A stretch of DNA of 64,000 bases. Origin: Phaeosaccion multiseriatum (lineage: Eukaryota; Protista; Ochrophyta, other classes). The notes beneath the pieces were generated by a model. That model did no database searches. It had not been told where the DNA came from and saw only the letters and a program-made list of their open reading frames with translations. The position numbers were made by a program, and so were the translations under genes. Of this stretch, positions 54,532-64,000 are shown piece after piece. Where the stretch lies: assembly GCA_965112735.1 (NCBI GenBank), contig OZ218959.1, positions 3,038,001 to 3,102,000 of the forward strand, given 5' to 3'. Numbering within the stretch: position 1 is the first letter of the stretch; each line of letters opens with the position of its first letter.

Positions 54532-54800
54532 GGAGCATGGGACCAAGGCTAGGGGAGCAGGGGAGGAGCATAAGGAGGGGTATTGTTCTGTTGTTTCTGT
54601 TCGGGGTGTTCTTTGTTCCCGTTCCCTTCCTTCCTACCACGAGTCTTCGCCGCTTAAATGACAGAGGGAGAGAGACAACGTCGCGAACTATCAGTAAAAC
54701 GTTGAATGTATTTTGCTCTTTCCTTCCTCGACGTCCGAAATCGAATTCGACTTGCTCTGCTCATGCCTCTCCAAGGTCAAGAAAGGACCTGTTTTCGCGG

Positions 54801-56544
54801 TTAGGATTGCGATGGTTTGCGTTTGCGCCTCTTCTTCTTCTTCTTCTTCTCCTCCTTCTCCTCCTTCTTCGCGCTCTTCGCACCACCACTCTTATCTTTG
54901 ACTCGGTCTTGCCCCTCCCCTTTGACTCGGTCTTGCCCCTCCCCTTCCCCCTCGCGGACGAAGACAAACGCGGCCTTCAAGTCCTCCACCGCCTCGTTGC
55001 TAGGCGGCCACCGCTTGTGCGCCGCTTCGTTTTGGAGGAAAAAGACGGAGGTGCCAAAGCTCGCCACTCGGGTGCGGCTCTTACGAAGGTGCTGCTTCCC
55101 CTCGCAGTAGCCGTGGTCCTTCTGCGAGAGGGTCAGGGTCAGGGTCAGGGTCAAGGGGCAGAAGGTCAGGGACAGGTGTCAGGGTCAGAGGATCAGGGTC
55201 AGACTTGGAGTCACTGGGTAAGTTAAGTACCTGCGAGAGGCGCACATGGCGTCTCAAAAAGTCGCTGCTGCGGAGGGCCTTCCAGCCGGGGTCTTGCTCC
55301 CAAGTGGGCACGATGACAACAAACGACAAGGCGTGTGCCGTGCACGAGAGCAAGTTCTTCATGTGGCTCGCCATTCGAAGCACCACGGCAGGAACGAAGG
55401 GTGGGTTGGCCTCAAACGACCCTTCCACGGGGCGGAAACGGAAGAAGGAGCCCACACTCCCAAAGGCTTGGTCGGTGTCCAAGAAGGCGCTGCAAAACTG
55501 TCCGTAGCGGCTGTTGAAAGGGGAGGCAAAACACTCCAACCGCACGTCAAAGTGCTTGAGGAGAGCGTCAAAGACATGCCCTGGGATGGCGGCCTGGAAA
55601 CCTCCGCCCTGCATCGACTCGTAGCGCAGGAGAGCACAGAACAGCGCGTCGTGGAGACCAGAGGTGATGTCTCTGTCTGTGTCTGCGTCTCTGTCTCCCC
55701 CGGTGGGCGGTCCGGGAGAGCTTCCCGAAGGGCTTTTCCCCGTCTCCAAAGCTCGCCAGTACATGGCGCTCATTTTGTGGTAGTGCGCTGTGTTGAGTCG
55801 AAGACGCGTCTTTCCTAAGGACAAGACGGTCTCCTCTTCGCCGACCTCCACGCGAACTTCACCCCTCTCTCTGTCTCTGTCTCTGTGTCGCCCCTTCCCC
55901 GCGGCTGCCGCTGCTGCCAAGGCTGTCAGCTTCTTCGCCAGAGTCTTCTTGAGCTGATTCGACGCCTTTCCCATTTCCCTGCCGAGCATGGTGGGCTGCT
56001 GGCCCTTCAGCCCCTGTCGCTTAAGCAGAGCCTTGAGATCAGGGTCGTCAAAGGCATTGCTGGGAAGCAAAGGGTCAGCCCCAGGCCCCTCATGTTCGTT
56101 TAGCTTGCGCGAGAACTGCCATTTCTCAAAGTCCTCGCTGGTGAGCTTGATGCCCATCTCGCTGCCCAAGGCCAGGAACCGCGTCTTGAGTGTGTCCACC
56201 GCCTCCTGCCTCAGCACCTCCCCCTTTGGTGTGGTGTGCAGCTGCCTCGCGCTTCTCACAGTGTACTTTGCGTCATCATCATCATTGGGTCTACCCACCA
56301 ACCAGGCTTCGTCTGCAGCGATGGAAGGATTCCAAAGGGCCAAGGACTGCCGCCAGCCCACCGCAGGAGGAGCAGGAGCAGGGTGGCCTCTCCTCCCACT
56401 GCTCTGCTCCAGGCGGCGCTTCACGCCTCTGGATTTCTCTCCCTGCTGAAGCTGCTGCCCCTTCTTCTCAGCCAGGACCTCTTCGTCTACTTGCTGCGGT
56501 ACCCCCATAGCTTCGGTCTCCATCAAGCCCAGGAGCTCCTCCAT
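54801..56544 (-). CDS. PCIF1: PCIF1/CAPAM-like cap-specific adenosine N6-methyltransferase (one intron ~55124-55230)
   Basis: ALLRYESMQGGGFQAAIP..VF; ECFASPFN; FCSAFLDTD..FGSVGSFF; GSFEANPPF; LSFVVIVPTW; HGYCEG.QH; TSVFFLQNEAA. Confidence 0.9.
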
Positions 56545-56634
56545 CTCGCCGAATACATGTAGTGTTGCCCCAGAGGAGGAGTGGTAAGTCAAGGAATGTA
56601 AAAAAAACAAGGGGAGGGTGAAAGCGAGAAGACG

Positions 56635-59618
<2,984 letters not shown>

Positions 59619-59847
59619 CAGGGGGGCAGGGGGGTGGAACTTTGGATAGAAGCAAGTCATAAATACGATGCTTTTATATTAGATCATTCTCTCCCGTCTG
59701 TATGCTCATCCCCTGCCAACGTTCAGTGACATACATAATAACGACCTTCTCCTAGGAGGGATCTGCGACGTGCCGAGCATCACAGAGAGAGAAAAGAAAG
59801 AGACTTAACACATCCTTTCCACACAAGTGACCGGAGGAGACATAGGC

Positions 59848-62800
59848 CTATGTGCCTTCCAGAGAGTCAGCAGGGCCCATCACAGGAGAGGAGCCACCGT
59901 GCCGTAGCACTGCCGCAACCTTCTCCCTCGCGGATGCTTTGAGGCGGTCCTGCCTACACTGCTTGGCCAGCGCCTTCTGCCACAGTGGAGGGGAGAGGGG
60001 GGGCTCTTTTGCTTCTTCTTCTTCTTGCCCCTGCGCTTCTGCGAAGGGCTGCTGTAGCACCCACTGCTGCTGATGCTGATGCTGGTGCTGGAGGTGGTGG
60101 TGGTGGTGGCTGTCCCGCGGCCCACGATTCGCAGAGGAAGAGGGAAAGGAAGTGGTGCTACAGGCCGCCGCCAGGAGCCGCTCCAGATGATTGCAGAAGT
60201 GCCTCAGCTGTTGGTTCTCCATCTCGTGTTTCTTCACCACTTGGCTGACGGCCGTCTGAATAGTGTGACCCACTCGGTGCATCGCTGCCACCGCATTAGG
60301 CTGTGAAGCGCTGCTTCTTAGACCCTGTGAACAGCTGCTGCTGCTGCTGCTGCTGCTGCCATTGTGGAGGCCGTGTCCTTCATATTCGTGTTGTCCGTGC
60401 CTGCCGGTACACTCGTAACTATTGTAACTGTCACGGTCCCATGTGGGCGAAGGGTGACCCTTCCACGCCCCAGAAGCCCGAGATGAAGGCGGCGAGTAGT
60501 GCGAGTAGTGGGTGGTGTGGATGGGGCCTTGGCCCTTCGGGGGCGACGCCGCTGCTGTATCACCAACTGCTACTGCCAGCAGCGGTGATGGTGGGCAAAA
60601 CGTCCCCATCCGCTCCAGCAGCTTTTGCTCCTCGCTCATCCACGCATCGCCCACCAACACGACGTCTCCTCCTCCGCTGCTGCCCCTGCCCCGGCCCGGC
60701 CCTCCGGTCGAATTCGCCGTCGTGGTCGCCGTCGCCATACCCCACAGCCTCTCACACAACACATCCGCCATTCGCCCCACCTCTACCCCTCTCTCCTGCT
60801 CCTCGATAAGGGCCGCGGCGAGAGAGTGCTGTATCACCAACTGCTTGTGCTTCTCCTCCTGCTGTTGGTGTTGGTGGTGGTGCGGCTTCTCGCTCGTATC
60901 ACCTCGGCACATGTGGCCGGGCTCGGAAATGATAGGTTGGCAGTGGACCTCACGCTCCTGCTCTTCCTGTATCACCAACTTATCCCCCTGCTGCAGCTTG
61001 AGCGGGTGGGACTTGTTCCCATTGCTGCCCCCCGCCGCCTCCAAACCACACGACCCAACCCCACCCCTGGGGGCATATGTCGTTTGCGGTGCTTGTTGGC
61101 ATTGATATTGAACTCTCCCACTGCTACTAGTGCCAGTGTTGATGCTGGTGCTGCCACAGTTGCTGCAACAACCACTTGGGTTCCCACTGCCCTTGCCACA
61201 GGCGCCGCAGCTTCGTCGCGAACAGCTCAAATCCACCGGGTCTTCCCCTTCCCCTCCCCCCTCCTCATGACCAACACCACCATAAGCATTAGCTCCAACC
61301 TCTCGATACCTCTCGATGGTTGTGAAGGGAGAGCGAAGGCGGAGACTCTCGGGCTCAGCAGCGGCGGTGGGTGGACAAGAGATGCTTTGCTTCTTTTCCT
61401 CACATGGCCCCACTTCCGCCGATCCTCCACCCCCCCCTCCTCCTCCCGCTGCTGCTGCTCCTTTGAGCACCCCCGAGGTCCCCGTATCATTCTCCCCCCC
61501 GCCCACCTCCTCCTCCTCCTCCTCCTCCTCCTCCTCCTCCTCCTCCGCGTCCTCCTGCGCCTTGGTTGGGCTGCCGTCCCTGCTCCTCCTCCTGCTACTG
61601 CTGCTGCTGCTGCTGCTGCTGGTGGTGGTGGTGGTGCTCACTCCATCGGCTCCCTCGTCTTCTCGATCGCCTCCCCCATCTCCATCCCCCGGGGAGGGAA
61701 GACCGCATGTCATGGCCCGCAGGGACCACCCGCTTGTCGACGCGTCCTGTATCACCAACTGCTGCGGCTCTTGCTGAGCAGTCGGGGGGAGGAGATGACT
61801 ACTCGTCTGCTCCTGCACTCCTCCTCCCGCTCCCACCCCCGCCCCCGCCGCCCGCGCTCTCCCCAGCTCAGCCGTGAGGGCCTCCACCTGCTCGACAGCG
61901 TTAAGCACGACGGTCCCAAACCGCTAACGTAAGGGAACAAACAAACGGAAACACACACATCCACCCCTCCCTACCCTACCAAACGACACACCCCTCCCCG
62001 ACGTACCTCTCCCAGGGCCTTCTCCAACCACAGCTCCAGCTGTCGCTGCGAGGCACGAGACTCACGCACATCTCCGACAGCGGCCTTGGCATCCCTTTCG
62101 CAGTCCTTTGCCGTGGCCTCTGCCTGCTCGGCCCTGACCTTGGCAATAGAGAGCTGGTGCGCGCAGCTTCGGGCCTTGGCTTGGTACTCAGCCAGAGCGG
62201 CTTGAGCGTGAGCTGCCTTCCCCTCTTCCACCCGCAAGAGGGCCTCTAGAGACGCCACTTTGACCATGAGCAGCTCCAGGTCCTCTTCTTGGCCGCTCGT
62301 GCATTGCAGCTGTTTGTGTTCAAGTGTGAAAGTGTGCAGGGAGGTGGGGGTAAATGTGCAGGTGCAGCGGTTGGTTGTTCGTCAGTCGGTCGGGTCGGTC
62401 AGTCAGTCAGACAGTCAAGAAAGCACGTGTGCTGGTGTTGTTGCGTCGGAAAGAGAGAGAGAGAGAGAGGATGGGACACAGAGAGAAGGAGAAAGGGAGC
62501 GCCCCATGTAGCCACCTCAGCCTCGGGATGGACCCACCTCCTTCCTCATTCGCTCGATGTCACATTCCCGCTCCCGCTTGGCCTCCTCTGCTGCGGCAAG
62601 GTCTGCCCCCATCTCCTCCAAGGCCTGCTCCAAGCCCTCCACTGCCATCCTCCGGCCCGCCGCAGCAGACAGGTGTGCTCGGGCCTCTGCCGCCTCTGCC
62701 TCCTCCGCCGCCGCTTCTTTTGCGCTCTCCACTGCCGCTGCCACTGCCGCTGCCACTCTCTTCTCCACATCTCCTGGCCAGAGGACCTCCACCTCAGTAG

Positions 62801-63815
62801 TCTGTGTCATCATCGCGTGACCAACGCACTCAACTGGCGGCGGCGGCCGAGCTTCCAACTCGCACACCTGCTGTTGGAGCTCCTCCACGCGCGCTTCATA
62901 CGCCAGCCTCATGGCCTCTCTCACCTCCGAAACCGTTACCTCTGCCTCCTGCCTGACCTGCAGCAGCTCGGCCTCGTGCGCTTGCCTCATCGTGTCTTGT
63001 TGCTCCTTGTGGGCTTGCCTCATTCTTTCGTATTGCTCTTCTGCTGTCGTTGCTGCCGCTGCCGCTTCTTCCGCCGCTTTGCCCACCTGTTCTCGCAAGT
63101 GCTGCTCCTCCTTCTTCCAGTCCGCTTGTAGATCTGCCCTCTTCTTTGCCCACTCGAGCCGCTCCTTCCTAAAGGAGGACTTTTGCACCAACAGGTCCGC
63201 CTGAAGGGCCTCTTTGCCACCCATGCACCGCTCCAGCTCGGCTTGCATCTCTGCTACCTTGGCTTCGTAGTCGGCCTTCACAGCAGCGGTTATAATCGTT
63301 GCTGGGGTGAGGGAACGGTGTTTGGAGGAGGGCCGAGGAGAAGGAGGAGGGGGTTTGGAGAGGGATGGTAAAAAAAAGATCTGGACAGTGACGCCCAAGC
63401 ATCAATCCTCTCCCTTCATTTGCATTGATGAGCTATGAGTGGGAAATTCATCGATAAGTCTAGAAAGAATGAGTGGGTATGGTTTATCGCCAGTGCTGCT
63501 GCTGCTGCTGCTGCTGCTTCTTCTACACTCTACACTCTTCCACTTACATATTTGCTGCAGAGATGCAGAGTCATGCCTCTGCTTTGCCGTTGGAGAAGGG
63601 AATGCCACCACCGCATTTTCCTCTTCAAGGTCGTATGGCCTAAAAGACAGCTCACTTACGCCATCCTCTTCCTCTGCACTTGCTTCCCCATCCCCCTCTC
63701 TCTCCTCCCCCATCCGGCAGTTGGGCGATGATTTTTTTTGTCCATCCACTCCTCGTGAAGCCGCCGGGGCTAGCGGCCCAAGGAAGGCACCAGAGCCTTC
63801 TTGGTCTCCATCCAT
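59848..63815 (-). CDS. Unknown coiled-coil / low-complexity protein (exons ~63815-63548, 63301-62537, 62310-62007, 61923-59848)
   Basis: Four ORF segments join in frame at GT-AG sites; heptad-rich E/A/Q/K segments; no recognised domain. Confidence 0.6.
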
Positions 63816-64000
63816 TCTCCCGTATCTCCTCCGTTATTGGCTCTTCGGCTTCTGGGATTTACTTTTCCCGTGGCTGTCCCTTTGAATATGGATATCGATA
63901 TGGGCATCGATTATTCAGCTGCGATTCTTCTCCCTCGTGGGTCACAGAAAGTCGATGGAGCCGTTGGTTCTCTGGGCGCCACGAAGTTGGGAACTGACTG

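Overview
This is a eukaryotic, intron-rich window with GT-AG introns full of microsatellites. It looks stramenopile/ochrophyte-like, which is an inference from the Cys-repeat chitinase, the GH16 laminarinase and RxL motifs. Spliced housekeeping genes: ankyrin-repeat protein, NudE-like protein, CK2 beta, ERGIC3/Erv46-like, MED11, a C2HC zinc-finger protein, ALDH3, GH16 beta-1,3-glucanase, APC11, PLOD-type glycosyltransferase, PCIF1/CAPAM, CARM1/PRMT4 and an unknown coiled-coil protein. The standout is a ~19.6 kb inverted duplication (15549-35164) holding two convergent genes for secreted proteins. They share an upstream region, signal peptide, N-terminal acidic domain, a ~300-bp exon+intron module (6-Cys domain plus poly-Gly linker) and ~500 bp of 3' flank, but carry different catalytic payloads. 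The + arm encodes a GH18 chitinase. The - arm has lost the chitinase core, carries 19 near-identical exon/intron modules and has gained an intronless leishmanolysin-like (M8) zinc metalloprotease with a second Cys-rich repeat family. A short dispersed motif (GCAGTTGGTGATACAGCAG) recurs in both introns and exons. Exon boundaries were read by eye and are unverified; no database searches were run.
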